A stretch of DNA of 64,000 bases from an uncultured SAR86 cluster bacterium (GCA_902618945.1 CACNCK010000003.1:24252-88251), one strand, 5' to 3'; shown: positions 1-10,188, numbered from the stretch's first letter. Notes: generated by a model from the letters alone, not told the origin. Numbers and translations: made by a program.

Positions 1-1
1 A

Positions 2-88
2 CTAGATAACTTAGGTATAGATAGAAAATGTAGACCAGAAAATATATCAGTTGAAGATTATGTAAAAATTTCTGGAGCTCTCATCTGA
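2..88 (+). CDS. rsmA: 16S rRNA dimethyladenosine transferase, C-terminal fragment (cut by window edge)
   Basis: Manual translation LDNLGIDRKCRPENISVEDYVKISGALI*, resembling the KsgA C-terminal R-[AP]-E-x-[LI]-S motif; TGATG overlap with apaH; rsmA-apaH is a conserved order. Confidence 0.8.
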   Translation, partial: LDNLGIDRKCRPENISVEDYVKISGALI

Positions 89-921
89 TGTCAAATTATG
101 CTATTGGAGATTTGCAAGGTTGCTATAGTGAGTTGCAATGCCTGTTAAAAAAAATCTCATTTAATAAAACTGAAGATTCATTGTGGTTTTGTGGTGATCT
201 AGTAAACAGAGGTTCTGAATCTCTGAACTGCCTTCATTTTCTTTATTCTATAAGGGAAAGATGCCATATTGTCCTAGGAAATCATGATCTCCACTTAATT
301 GCAGTGCAAAACTCAATCAGAGATATAAGCAAAAATGATACATTCCACGATATTTTATATAGCTCAAAAGATAACTTTTTAATTGATTGGTTAAGATCGC
401 TTCCCTTTCACTTCATTAAGACAATTGATACAAAAGAAGGTGAAAAAGAATTTGTAATGACCCATGCCGGTATCCCGCCTCATTGGACAAAAAAAGAGTT
501 GGTTAGTCATTCAAATAAGCTTAGTTCAAATCTTGCAAGTAATGACTACCTTAATTTTCTTAAAAAAATATTCGGAAATAAACCTGATCATCCAGATAAA
601 TGTAAAAAAGATGAAGAAGTATTGAGGTTAAATATTAATTTTTTAACGAGAATGAGATTTTATAACGCCGACGGGTCCCTTGAATTGGATTACAAAGGGA
701 AGGTTGAAACAGCTCCAAAAAATTTAAAACCTTGGTTTGAATATAAGCTTAAAATTTTAGAAGAAAATACGCATATACTGTTTGGACATTGGGCGGCATT
801 AAACGGTGTTACTGGGAAAGATAACATAACGGCCCTAGATACAGGTTGTGCATGGGGCAATAAGTTAACTGCGATAAGGCTAGAAGATAAAGCAACCTTT
901 AGCTGTGATAAGCTAAATTAG
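88..921 (+). CDS. apaH: Symmetrical bis(5'-nucleosyl)-tetraphosphatase
   Basis: IGDLQGC, GDLVNRG, LGNHDLHL, THAG, FGHWAAL, LDTGCAWG motifs. Confidence 0.96.
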   Translation: MSNYAIGDLQGCYSELQCLLKKISFNKTEDSLWFCGDLVNRGSESLNCLHFLYSIRERCHIVLGNHDLHLIAVQNSIRDISKNDTFHDILYSSKDNFLIDWLRSLPFHFIKTIDTKEGEKEFVMTHAGIPPHWTKKELVSHSNKLSSNLASNDYLNFLKKIFGNKPDHPDKCKKDEEVLRLNINFLTRMRFYNADGSLELDYKGKVETAPKNLKPWFEYKLKILEENTHILFGHWAALNGVTGKDNITALDTGCAWGNKLTAIRLEDKATFSCDKLN

Positions 922-925
922 ATAT

Positions 926-1990
926 ATGAATATTTATTTAGTTGGTGGTGCAGTTAGAGATGCCCTATTAAATATAGAGTTTCAAGAAAGAGACTGGGTT
1001 GTTGTTGGTGCCTCTGAAAGTGAGCTAATTGATAAAGGATATAAAAAAATTGGTAAAGATTTTCCTGTTTTCTTACATCCCGAAACTAAGGAAGAATATG
1101 CGCTTGCAAGGCAAGAACGAAAGACGGCTCTAGGACACAAAGGTTTTGAATTTAAATTTGATACTTCTGTAACGTTAGAAGAAGATTTGCTGAGACGAGA
1201 CCTGACAATCAACGCGATAGCAGAGGATAAAGATGGCAATTTAATTGATCCATACGGCGGGATGGAGGATATTAAAAATAAATTACTCAAAAGTGTCTCT
1301 ACTTCTTTTGATGAGGATCCTTTGAGAGTCTTAAGAGTTGCAAGATTTGCTTCTAAGCTCAAATTCTTAGATTTTAAAATAGAAAATAATACATTAGAAC
1401 AAATGAAAAAAATTAGCTCTTCAGGAGAAATAGAGACTCTAAGCAAAGAGAGAGTCTGGGTGGAAACATATAAAGCTCTATCTACAAGCAATCCTGAGGA
1501 ATATTTTTCTATTCTTTTAAAGGTAGGTGCCCTAGAAAAAATTTGCCAACCTATAGATCTCAATCTAAATGCTCTAGAAAAAACATCATCAGACAATCAA
1601 GATCACACTATAAAGTGGTCCGTTTCGGTTTCAGAAAATGAGAATATAGAGAAAATAAATAACTCTTTTAATGCTCCCAAAGAGTTCAGCGAAATATCTG
1701 AAATCTGTAGTCAGATAAATTTATTTTCTAGTAAAAAGATATCCCCTGAGTCTTTGATGGATCTAGTAAATAAATGTGACTTGTTAAGAAAGCCCGAAAG
1801 ATTCTATAAAGCTTCAAAAGCTTCCTCATATATAATTGAGTCACCATTAAAGCCCGAAAAATGGATAGAAATTTACGATCTACTCAGTGATGTCAGCGTT
1901 GATAAAACATTAAGAGAAGGTAAGTTGATTGCAAAAAAATTAAATACAGATAGATTAGCTGCCGTTAAAAATTATTTAGAAAAATTATGA
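926..1990 (+). CDS. cca: CCA-adding tRNA nucleotidyltransferase (short form)
   Basis: YLVGGAVRD, DFPVFLHP, EEYALAR, DLLRRDLTINA, EDPLRVLRVARF. Confidence 0.95.
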   Translation: MNIYLVGGAVRDALLNIEFQERDWVVVGASESELIDKGYKKIGKDFPVFLHPETKEEYALARQERKTALGHKGFEFKFDTSVTLEEDLLRRDLTINAIAEDKDGNLIDPYGGMEDIKNKLLKSVSTSFDEDPLRVLRVARFASKLKFLDFKIENNTLEQMKKISSSGEIETLSKERVWVETYKALSTSNPEEYFSILLKVGALEKICQPIDLNLNALEKTSSDNQDHTIKWSVSVSENENIEKINNSFNAPKEFSEISEICSQINLFSSKKISPESLMDLVNKCDLLRKPERFYKASKASSYIIESPLKPEKWIEIYDLLSDVSVDKTLREGKLIAKKLNTDRLAAVKNYLEKL

Positions 1991-2718
1991 AACAAAAATT
2001 TATCTTCCTTACTGGTGGTGCAAAAAGAATTGGGAAGACTACTTGTCAACATTTCCACAATAAAGGTTTCAATATTATATTCCACTACAATTCCTCTGAA
2101 TCAGAAGCGAATGAGATCAAGAAAGCTTTAAACAAAATGAGAAAAGACTCTTGTTTCACTTTACAGGCAGATTTTGATGAGGAATCTTCAATTAAAAAAT
2201 TGACTCAAGGCTTGTCTGAAATAACTGACGAGCTATCAGTTATAATAAATAATGCATCTAGTTTCTACCCTACTCCAATAGAAGATGCATCAATGCATGA
2301 GTGGAATAACTTAATGGCCACTAACGCAACAACTCCGTTATTCTTGACCCAAGCCCTTCTGCCCTTCTTAAAAAAAGGCAAGGGATGCATCATAAATATT
2401 TCTGACACGTTAGCTCCAAGTGGTATAAAAAATTTCAGTCTTTACTCGGGTGCCAAATCTGCTTTGGAAGGTATTACCAAGTCTTTAGCAAAGGAGTTAG
2501 CTCCAGATATAAGGGTAAATGCAATATCTCCCGGAGCGATACTATGGCCTGAGGATGAAGACTTAAGTGAAGATCAACAAAAGCAAAGATTAGCAAAAGT
2601 CCCCTTAGGGAGGATTGGCTGTCCAGAGGATATTTCATCTTTGGCAGTCTTTTTATCCGAGGCAGAATATATAACGGGTCAGGTGATAAAAGTTGACGGT
2701 GGTCGATCCATAAACTAG
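1987..2718 (+). CDS. Pteridine reductase (FolM/PTR1-like SDR)
   Basis: TGGAKRIG, INNASSFYPTP, YSGAK, VNAISPG; located between cca and folK/folB. Confidence 0.85.
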   Translation: MKQKFIFLTGGAKRIGKTTCQHFHNKGFNIIFHYNSSESEANEIKKALNKMRKDSCFTLQADFDEESSIKKLTQGLSEITDELSVIINNASSFYPTPIEDASMHEWNNLMATNATTPLFLTQALLPFLKKGKGCIINISDTLAPSGIKNFSLYSGAKSALEGITKSLAKELAPDIRVNAISPGAILWPEDEDLSEDQQKQRLAKVPLGRIGCPEDISSLAVFLSEAEYITGQVIKVDGGRSIN

Positions 2719-2765
2719 ATAAATTTTTTCTTTTATCATTTTTACATCTATCTTATTATTGAGTC

Positions 2766-3830
2766 ATGGGGAGTGAATTGCACGAGACTGACGAAAATAC
2801 TGGAACAATGGAAGTTCTGGAGAGACATCAATTTGATGTCTCTAAACTTCAAGATTTCATGTATGAAAATATAGAAGGTTTTGAAGGAAATATTAAATTA
2901 GAAGAATTTAAAGGTGGTCAATCTAATCCAACTTACAAGGTAATAACGCCGAACCAATCGTATGTTCTAAGACGTAAACCTCCTGGTAAATTATTAAAAT
3001 CTGCTCATGCGGTGGATAGAGAATATAAAGTTATTACTGGTCTTAATAAAACTAATGTTCCTGTGCCAAAAAGCTATGCTCTTTGTGAAGATGATGATGT
3101 GATTGGTACTGCGTTCTACTTAATGGAATTTAAAGATGGAAGAGTTTTATGGGATGCAGCAATGGAAGATAGTCATAAGGATGAAGCTTTAGGCGTTTAC
3201 AAATCTATGAATGATTCTATGGCTAAACTCCATTTAGTAAACCCTAGCGAGATTGGTTTGGAGGATTTTGGAAAACCAGGAAATTATGTTGGTCGCCAAG
3301 TTTCTAGATGGTCAAAACAATATGTTGATTCTGAAACTGAAAATATTGATTCGATGAATTGTCTAATCGATTGGTTACCCAAGAATTTACCCTCAGAAAA
3401 AAGAACTGGAATTGTTCATGGGGACTATAGTTTAACGAATGTCATGATAGGGAAAAATGATCCAAACGTGATTGCTATACTGGATTGGGAGCTTTCAACT
3501 TTGGGCGATCCTTGTGCTGACTTTAATTATCACTGCCTTCAATACATAATGAACCCAAAATTAGCTGATAAAGATTATTGTAGAAATCAGGGTATTCCTG
3601 TGATTGATGAATACGTAAAAATGTATTCAGAAAAAATCAATGTAGATTTAACTGAAGAATGGGATCTATATTCTGCCTATAATTTGTTTAAATTAGCTGG
3701 TATTTTACAAGGCATATTAGGTAGAGTAAGAGATGGGACAGCCGCTCACGAAAATGCTGCCGAGAGAGCTAGCGGAGTTAGGAACTTGTCTGATAAAGCA
3801 TGGGATTTAGTAAAAAAGAATTTTTTATAG
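2766..3830 (+). CDS. Phosphotransferase (APH family; ACAD10/11 N-terminal / LvaA-like kinase)
   Basis: GGQSNPTY, LRRKPPGKLLKSAHAVDREY, HGDY, LDWELSTLGDP. Confidence 0.88.
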   Translation: MGSELHETDENTGTMEVLERHQFDVSKLQDFMYENIEGFEGNIKLEEFKGGQSNPTYKVITPNQSYVLRRKPPGKLLKSAHAVDREYKVITGLNKTNVPVPKSYALCEDDDVIGTAFYLMEFKDGRVLWDAAMEDSHKDEALGVYKSMNDSMAKLHLVNPSEIGLEDFGKPGNYVGRQVSRWSKQYVDSETENIDSMNCLIDWLPKNLPSEKRTGIVHGDYSLTNVMIGKNDPNVIAILDWELSTLGDPCADFNYHCLQYIMNPKLADKDYCRNQGIPVIDEYVKMYSEKINVDLTEEWDLYSAYNLFKLAGILQGILGRVRDGTAAHENAAERASGVRNLSDKAWDLVKKNFL

Positions 3831-3839
3831 GAGAGGAAT

Positions 3840-4343
3840 ATGGCGATTGAGAAATTTTTAGTAGAGGCTAGTCATATCATGATGTTTGCAAGATCGGTAG
3901 GAGATGCAAACCCAATTTATCATGACGAGGATTACGCTAAAGAGACAGAATTAGGGGGAATAATTGCCCCACCCACATTTGCACAATCTAGTGCGCAGTT
4001 TGATCCTGACTACTTTCTTAGGCCTAAGATAGGCGGTGAAGGTTGGTTTGGTTCAGGTAAAGAAGCATCTGGAGCAAAGCCCTCAAAAGATAAGGGTGGT
4101 GACGGAGGTGGTGCAGCTATGGGTCTTCATGCTGAGCAACACTTTGAATATCATCTGCCTGTGAAGGCTGGAGATGTTTTAACTGCTACAACCAAACCAG
4201 GAAATACATGGGAAAAAGAAAGTAAAAGAGCTGGAAAATTAAAATTTAGTGAAAGTGTAACTGAATATAGAAATCAAAATGGTGAATTAGTTATAACTGC
4301 AACAGGTGTTGGAGTTCAAACTGAAAGAGCCGTAGATAGTTAG
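3840..4343 (+). CDS. MaoC-like hot-dog dehydratase, N-terminal-type (HadA-like) subunit
   Basis: FARSVGDANPIYHD, APPTF, LHAEQHFEYHLPV; GGAG RBS. Confidence 0.85.
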   Translation: MAIEKFLVEASHIMMFARSVGDANPIYHDEDYAKETELGGIIAPPTFAQSSAQFDPDYFLRPKIGGEGWFGSGKEASGAKPSKDKGGDGGGAAMGLHAEQHFEYHLPVKAGDVLTATTKPGNTWEKESKRAGKLKFSESVTEYRNQNGELVITATGVGVQTERAVDS

Positions 4344-4352
4344 GAGAAACAG

Positions 4353-4772
4353 ATGCTAAAAGAAAATGAAATAAAAGTCGGCGATACTCATACTGCTATA
4401 TTGGTAGAGGACTTAAAAAGAACCCAAATAGTTCAATATGCTGGAGCTTCAGGTGATTATAACCCTCTGCATACCGATGAAATATTTACAACCCAGGTAG
4501 CAGGATATCCCAGTGTTTTTGCACATGGCATGTTATCCATGGGACTTACTGGGACAATGCTCACAAATTATGTTGGCGACGGCGCTTTAAAGAAATACGG
4601 AGTTAGATTCACAAATCAAGTTTGGCCCGGTGATACACTGACTGGAAAAGCCACAATTATTGAAATCCGTGAAGAAGAAGGGTATAAAGTAGTTGATCTA
4701 ATGATTGAAACAACAAATCAGAATGATGTTGCGGTAATTACTGGCAATGCAACAGCAATCATAGAAACTTAA
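4353..4772 (+). CDS. MaoC-family (R)-enoyl-CoA hydratase/dehydratase, catalytic subunit
   Basis: Hydratase-2 motif YAGASGDYNPLH, FAHGMLSMG, VRFTNQVWPGD. Confidence 0.88.
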   Translation: MLKENEIKVGDTHTAILVEDLKRTQIVQYAGASGDYNPLHTDEIFTTQVAGYPSVFAHGMLSMGLTGTMLTNYVGDGALKKYGVRFTNQVWPGDTLTGKATIIEIREEEGYKVVDLMIETTNQNDVAVITGNATAIIET

Positions 4773-4801
4773 GAATAAAGTAAATTAAATAAGGAAAGAC
4801 T

Positions 4802-6379
4802 TTGTCAGACGATAAAAGTTCTGAGGTAGGAGGCTATCGCGCAAAAATTGCTTTAAGCCTTCTAGTGTTGGTTTATATTTTTAATTTCATTGATAGACAA
4901 ATACTTTCGATATTAGCCGAAGATATAAAAGCTGATTTAGGGATCTCCAATAGCGATATAGGTTTTTTATTTGGGACAGCATTTGGTGTTTTTTACTCAG
5001 TTGTAGGCATCCCGATGGGAAAATTAGCTGATTCTTGGAATAGAAAAAACTTAATCAGTATTGGTCTGGCTTTTTGGAGCTTCATGACATTCCTTTCAGG
5101 AACAGCAAAATCTTTTCTGAGTTTATCAATCTACAGATTCGGCGTAGGCATTGGTGAGTCCAGTGCATCCCCTTCGGCATACTCATTACTTTCAGATTAT
5201 TTCTCTCCAAAAGTTAGAGCTACGGTTTTATCTATCTATTCCAGCGGATTGTATATTGGAGCAGGAATTGGTCTGTTTCTTGGAGGAGCAATTCTTGATA
5301 CATGGAATACTGCATACCCTGATCACACTTTAGCCCCTTTTGGATTAAAGGGATGGCAAGCAGCTTTTATGGGAGTGGGACTTCCTGGTATTTTATTATC
5401 GATAATCACTTTTTTCTTTATAAAAGAGCCAGTAAGAGGAATGAGTGAAGGGATTGCCACCCAGACAAGTAAGGAACCTTTTAAAGATACATTTAAAGAA
5501 TTTATTGGGTTAACGCCTATTTCTCTTATTGGTGAAAAAGAATCTTTAAAGGCAATTGCAATAAATGCACTTCTTTCTTTTGTTATCTTTGGTTCATGCT
5601 ATGTTTTATACGAGCTTACTGGTGACTTTCTTCAATGGACCGCATGGGGAATTGGATCCTATTTAGTATCTACATGGATACAAAGCTTAAGTAAAAGAGA
5701 TGTCGTAGCTTTTACGTTGATGTTTAAAAGTAAGGCGGCCTTGTATTCTTTTATGGCATTTCCTTGTATACCTTTTGTAGGATATGCCTACTCCGCTTTT
5801 ACTCCTTCTTTTTACATAAATAATCATGGGATGTCTGCATTAGAAATAGGAACACTTATTGGCCTTATCACAGCAATTGGCTCTTTTATAGGTGTCATAG
5901 GAGGAGGTTATTTTGGAGATAAGCTTCGCGAGAGATATGTAGGGGGAAGACTATATGTAATTTTTGCAGGCGGTGTATTAATTACTCTTGTAGGCTGTTT
6001 TGGCATGATTTATGCTGAATCGAAGAATATTTCTTTAATATTCAATTTCATATATCACATTGGTAGCTCTGTCTATGTGGGTTGTGCTGCAACGACCGTT
6101 ACAAATTTAGTATTACCTAGAATGCGGGCCATGGCTGGAGCTTTTTTTATTCTCACTTTAAGTATGGTAGGCCTTGCCCTTGGACCTTATACTCTGGGAA
6201 GAATTAGTGATATGTTTGAAACTCAGGGTTATACAGCAGGTGATGCAATGCAAACGTCTATGGCTCTTATACTAATCATACTTATCATCCCAAGCATTTT
6301 TCTTTTCTTGGCAGCCAAAAACCTTAAAGCGGATGAAGAATCAGTGGTTGAAAGAGCAAATAAACTAGGGGAAAAATAA
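4802..6379 (+). CDS. MFS transporter, spinster-like
   Basis: NFIDRQILSIL, GKLADSWNRK, RFGVGIGES, multiple TM helices; TTG start after AAGGAA. Confidence 0.85.
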   Translation: MSDDKSSEVGGYRAKIALSLLVLVYIFNFIDRQILSILAEDIKADLGISNSDIGFLFGTAFGVFYSVVGIPMGKLADSWNRKNLISIGLAFWSFMTFLSGTAKSFLSLSIYRFGVGIGESSASPSAYSLLSDYFSPKVRATVLSIYSSGLYIGAGIGLFLGGAILDTWNTAYPDHTLAPFGLKGWQAAFMGVGLPGILLSIITFFFIKEPVRGMSEGIATQTSKEPFKDTFKEFIGLTPISLIGEKESLKAIAINALLSFVIFGSCYVLYELTGDFLQWTAWGIGSYLVSTWIQSLSKRDVVAFTLMFKSKAALYSFMAFPCIPFVGYAYSAFTPSFYINNHGMSALEIGTLIGLITAIGSFIGVIGGGYFGDKLRERYVGGRLYVIFAGGVLITLVGCFGMIYAESKNISLIFNFIYHIGSSVYVGCAATTVTNLVLPRMRAMAGAFFILTLSMVGLALGPYTLGRISDMFETQGYTAGDAMQTSMALILIILIIPSIFLFLAAKNLKADEESVVERANKLGEK

Positions 6380-6383
6380 ATAA

Positions 6384-6833
6384 TCAAATGATTTGATCTT
6401 TTATTTCTCTAAAAGAAATCTTTAGTTCTGGATGAATAGCATCGCCCGCTAATTCACACAAAGGTTCAAGCACGAAGTCGTATTTCTCAATGTCATTGCT
6501 GGGTATATCCAATTGGTCTGTTTTTTCTACTAAATTTCCATAAAGAATTAGATCTAAATCAATCACTCTACTCGACATACCCTTTTGACTGGGCGTTCTA
6601 CCCATTTTCTTTTCAATTTCTTTTAAAAATGATCTTAATCCAAGAGGATCAAAATTTGTCTCAAATGAACAAACCAAGTTCAAAAAATCTTGTCCAGAAA
6701 AGCCTTCTGCAGGAGTTTTATAGATGCTTGAATAGGTTACTTCAAAATGGCTGTCGAGATGAATCTTAACCTTATCAATATTCTTCTCAGGATCTAGGTT
6801 TGAACCTATGCTTATGAATACTTTTTCAGTCAA
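6384..6833 (-). CDS. folK: 6-hydroxymethyl-7,8-dihydropterin pyrophosphokinase
   Basis: ISIGSNL, FLNLV, RVIDLDLILYG, FVLEPL. Confidence 0.93.
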   Translation of the reverse strand: MTEKVFISIGSNLDPEKNIDKVKIHLDSHFEVTYSSIYKTPAEGFSGQDFLNLVCSFETNFDPLGLRSFLKEIEKKMGRTPSQKGMSSRVIDLDLILYGNLVEKTDQLDIPSNDIEKYDFVLEPLCELAGDAIHPELKISFREIKDQII

Positions 6834-7177
6834 GGTCGTTCAATAATTATTCCAACAAACTCAGATCCTCTGAGAGCTCCCGGTTTGCTTAAAGTTACTT
6901 TAACCTTTCCAACAGGAAATTCTTTAAGAATTATCTTTGCTATATTCTCGGCAAGTGACTCAACAAGTTTAAATTTTGACTTTTGTACGAAAGCCGTGAC
7001 CCTCTTTCCTACTTTCTTATAATTCAGTGCATCTTCTATAGAATCTGACTTAGCAGCTAACTTATTATCAAATTCCATTTCTATATCTACGGATATAACT
7101 TGTTTTACCTCGCGTTCCCACTGAAAAATACCAATAATTCCTTCGACTTCCAAACCTTTAATGAAGACTTTATCCAT
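6830..7177 (-). CDS. folB: Dihydroneopterin aldolase
   Basis: MDKVFIKGL, IGIFQWER, ALNY, LVESLAE, KPGAL, VGIIIER. Confidence 0.95.
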   Translation of the reverse strand: MDKVFIKGLEVEGIIGIFQWEREVKQVISVDIEMEFDNKLAAKSDSIEDALNYKKVGKRVTAFVQKSKFKLVESLAENIAKIILKEFPVGKVKVTLSKPGALRGSEFVGIIIERP

Positions 7178-8180
7178 TTGCTATCTCTGATAGAGGCCAT
7201 CTGGGCTTAATATCCAGATCAAGATTCTCTTTTGCGTTTTTAATGTAAAAGCTGCTGGCATAAGCAATCATAGCTCCATTATCTGTACATCTATTAATGG
7301 GCGGAAAAAAGATTTTTTTATCTTCCAAACCTTCTATTAACTTACTACGAATATGTTTATTAGATGCAACGCCTCCACCTATTACTAATTCCTCAAGATT
7401 AGTTGCCTCCATTGCTTCCTTTGTTTTTATTAGGAGTGTATCTGCAACGGCAGCTTGAAAAGAAGCTGCCAAATCTGCTTTTTTGGAATCATCTATTTGT
7501 TTTATTTTTTTAAATTCATAATAAACCGCCGTTTTTAAGCCGCTGAAACTAAAATCAAAGTTTTTCTTATTTGTCATTGGTCTGGGGAAATTAAATGATT
7601 CAGGATTTCCTTCTTTTGCTAGAGACTCTATCAAGGGTCCACCTGGATATCCTAGGTTTAGAATCTTAGCCACCTTGTCGAAAGCTTCTCCAACTGCATC
7701 ATCTAAAGTTTGCCCTAAAATCTCATAATCTCCCAGAGCCTTAGCATTGATCAACAAACAATGACCACCAGAAATTAAGAGTGTTAAGAAAGGAAAAGAT
7801 GGAGCGGGATTTTCTAATAAATTAATTAATAGATGTGCCTCCATATGATGTATACCGATACAGGGTATCTTCAAAGACATTGAAATCGCTTTAGCTGTAG
7901 AAGCTCCTATCAATAGAGGTCCTCTCAAGCCAGGTCCAGCGGTGTAAGCAATTGCATCTATAGCCTTAAGATCTTGTCCAGATTTTTCAATAGCAAGATC
8001 AATAAGAGGGATTAATTTCTTAAGGTGATCTCTTGAAGCCAATTCGGGAACAACACCACCATATTCGGCATGCTTAGAAGCCTGACTGTATAGTTGCTCA
8101 GAAATGATAATATTCGTATCCATATCGAATATGGCGACACCAGTTTCATCGCAAGAGGTTTCTATTCCAAGTATTTTCAT
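7170..8180 (-). CDS. tsaD: tRNA t6A37 threonylcarbamoyltransferase
   Basis: ILGIETSCDET, HHMEAH, DDAVGEAFDK, FSFSGLKT, CTDNGAMIA; start placed at ATG 8180. Confidence 0.96.
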   Translation of the reverse strand: MKILGIETSCDETGVAIFDMDTNIIISEQLYSQASKHAEYGGVVPELASRDHLKKLIPLIDLAIEKSGQDLKAIDAIAYTAGPGLRGPLLIGASTAKAISMSLKIPCIGIHHMEAHLLINLLENPAPSFPFLTLLISGGHCLLINAKALGDYEILGQTLDDAVGEAFDKVAKILNLGYPGGPLIESLAKEGNPESFNFPRPMTNKKNFDFSFSGLKTAVYYEFKKIKQIDDSKKADLAASFQAAVADTLLIKTKEAMEATNLEELVIGGGVASNKHIRSKLIEGLEDKKIFFPPINRCTDNGAMIAYASSFYIKNAKENLDLDIKPRWPLSEIANG

Positions 8181-8227
8181 TAGCTTAAAGATAGTCATTT
8201 TCGTTGAAAATAAAAAAAAAGAAACAC

Positions 8228-8263
8228 TTTCCAAATTAAAAATGGTTCTATAGAATTGCCGCC
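8228..8263 (+). promoter_or_regulatory. Sigma70 promoter of rpsU with GC-rich discriminator
   Basis: TTTCCA-17 bp-TAGAAT followed by TGCCGCC. Confidence 0.6.
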
Positions 8264-8279
8264 TCTTAAGAGATTATTT

Positions 8280-8495
8280 ATGCCATCAATAAAAATAAGA
8301 CCAAATGAATCTTTTGACGTAGGGCTCAGGAAGTTCAAGAGAGCTTGTGAAAAAGCAGGTATCATCCCAGAAGTTAGGAAAAGAGAATTCTATGAAAAGC
8401 CGACTTCTGTTTTAAAGAGGAAGAAAGCTGCCGCTGTTAAAAGAGAACAAAAAAATCAAAGAAAAAATAGATTAGGAAGACCTCCTAGATTTTAA
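8280..8495 (+). CDS. rpsU: 30S ribosomal protein S21
   Basis: [21 protein letters not shown]...REFYEKP. Confidence 0.97.
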   Translation: MPSIKIRPNESFDVGLRKFKRACEKAGIIPEVRKREFYEKPTSVLKRKKAAAVKREQKNQRKNRLGRPPRF

Positions 8496-8506
8496 TCAAT
8501 AGCCTT

Positions 8507-8959
8507 ATGGCAGATTCAATAAGACATCTCATAGAAGAGGCAGTCAAATCCTCAATGAGAGAAAGAAACAAAGAGAGAACATCTACATTAAGGATGGCCC
8601 TGTCTGAGTTAAAAAAAGAAGAAATAGATAACAAAATTGAATTATCTAATGAAGATTCAATTAAGATTCTTCAAAGAATGATAAAGCAAAGAAAGGAATC
8701 AATGTCACAATTTTTAAATGCTCAAAGAAATGATCTTGCGGAAAAAGAAGAGTCGGAAATCGTCATATTGCAAGACTTTCTCCCAGAGCAAATGAGCGAG
8801 GAAGACATCAATAAACTAGTCATTGAGGCGATTAATGAAACTGATGCCAAAGAACTTAAAGACATAGGAAAAGTGATGGGCTTTTTAAAGACCAAAATTC
8901 AAGGAAATGCTGATATGGGAATTGTCAGCAAACTAGTTAAAGAGAATCTTCAAGGCTAG
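8507..8959 (+). CDS. GatB/YqeY domain protein
   Basis: KQRKES, LAEKEESEI, FLPEQMS, GKVMG, ADMG; follows rpsU. Confidence 0.92.
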   Translation: MADSIRHLIEEAVKSSMRERNKERTSTLRMALSELKKEEIDNKIELSNEDSIKILQRMIKQRKESMSQFLNAQRNDLAEKEESEIVILQDFLPEQMSEEDINKLVIEAINETDAKELKDIGKVMGFLKTKIQGNADMGIVSKLVKENLQG

Positions 8960-9558
8960 TTTTCTTCCAATCTTGCCTCAGCAGCTTTTACAGCAGCATA
9001 AGTCGTCTGATCTACCTCAATATTTAATGAATCACCATCTTTAATATCAGAAAGATTGGTTGCATTTAATGTCTCTGGAATTAAATAAACCGAGAAAGTG
9101 TCTTCTGTTTTATTCGCAACAGTTAGGCTAGCGCCATTTAAAGCAATATAACCCTTATGAAAAATGTAATTTATCCACTCCTTTGGACACTGTACTCTGA
9201 GCTCAATTTCATCATCCGAAGTAATTAGCTTTGATGGCGCTCTACATGAGATATGCCCAGATAAAATATGACCTCCCACTTCATCGCCAAACTTTAGAGA
9301 CCTTTCAAGATTAACTTTTGAGTCAACAGATAGAAATTCTATGTTTGTAACCCTTAAGGTTTCAGGTATTACATCAAAAGAAACGATATCGTTTTCAAAT
9401 TCGATTACTGTTAAACAAACACCATTGACAGAAATACTAGCTCCCTTTTCCAGTTTATTAAGAAAAGTTTTTGAAACTTTAACTTCAAGCCTTACGCCTG
9501 ATTCTGTTTCTTCTTTGTTAGAAATAATACCGATTTCTTGAACAATTCCTGTAAACAT
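8956..9558 (-). CDS. ribC: Riboflavin synthase (alpha chain)
   Basis: N-terminal MFTGIV, SISVNGVCLTV, VNLERSL, GGHILSGH, GASLTV, NIEVD. Confidence 0.95.
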   Translation of the reverse strand: MFTGIVQEIGIISNKEETESGVRLEVKVSKTFLNKLEKGASISVNGVCLTVIEFENDIVSFDVIPETLRVTNIEFLSVDSKVNLERSLKFGDEVGGHILSGHISCRAPSKLITSDDEIELRVQCPKEWINYIFHKGYIALNGASLTVANKTEDTFSVYLIPETLNATNLSDIKDGDSLNIEVDQTTYAAVKAAEARLEEN

Positions 9559-10188
9559 TTAAGTTCCTAAAAGATAGTTTTTTATAATTTCTGCTTCATC
9601 TTGACGTTCACAGTCCTCTAAAAATTCTATAAGTTGTGAAATTTTAGCTATAGAAGTCACAGAGATATTAAAATCTTGAAATATTTTATCTCTTGCCAAT
9701 AAATCATCTAGGATTTCTTCTCTATCTAATGCAACTAAACAACCTATTGCAGTACCGCCTTCTTGAGAAATTATTTCTAGTGACTCTTTAAGAGCAGTAC
9801 CTGCGGTAAGCACATCATCAACCACTAAAACTTTCTTATCCTTTAACTCCCCTACGATACTGCCGCCTTCTCCGTGAACTTTCGCTTCTTTTCTGTTGAA
9901 AGCAAAGGGAGTTGGTTTAGAAATCTTAGTACTTAAAGAAGCTGATATGGCTGCACTCAGAGGTATCCCTTTATATGCAGGACCAAAAATTACGTCGAAC
10001 TCTAATTTGCTAGAAATGATTTCTTCGGTATATAGATTTGATAACTCAGCTAAGAAGCCTCGATTAAAAAAAGATCCAACATTAAAGAAATATGGACTTT
10101 TTTTTCCTGACTTTAAAATGAAATCACCTAACAAAAGTGCATCTGACTTTAGAGCCAACTCAAAGAAAAGGGTTTCATTTTTTAACAT
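9559..10188 (-). CDS. pyrE: Orotate phosphoribosyltransferase
   Basis: LKSGKKSPYFFN, FGPAYKGIPL, NRKEAKVHGEGG, VVDDVLTAGT. Confidence 0.96.
   Translation of the reverse strand: MLKNETLFFELALKSDALLLGDFILKSGKKSPYFFNVGSFFNRGFLAELSNLYTEEIISSKLEFDVIFGPAYKGIPLSAAISASLSTKISKPTPFAFNRKEAKVHGEGGSIVGELKDKKVLVVDDVLTAGTALKESLEIISQEGGTAIGCLVALDREEILDDLLARDKIFQDFNISVTSIAKISQLIEFLEDCERQDEAEIIKNYLLGT

Noticed and set aside
982-1596. 204-aa antisense ORF inside cca, plus similar shadow ORFs (18146, 20370, 21075, 39715, 60708, 61767, 62356 and others)
   Set aside because: Lie antisense to or out of frame within well-supported genes, have Ser/Pro/Ile-biased mirror composition and no motifs
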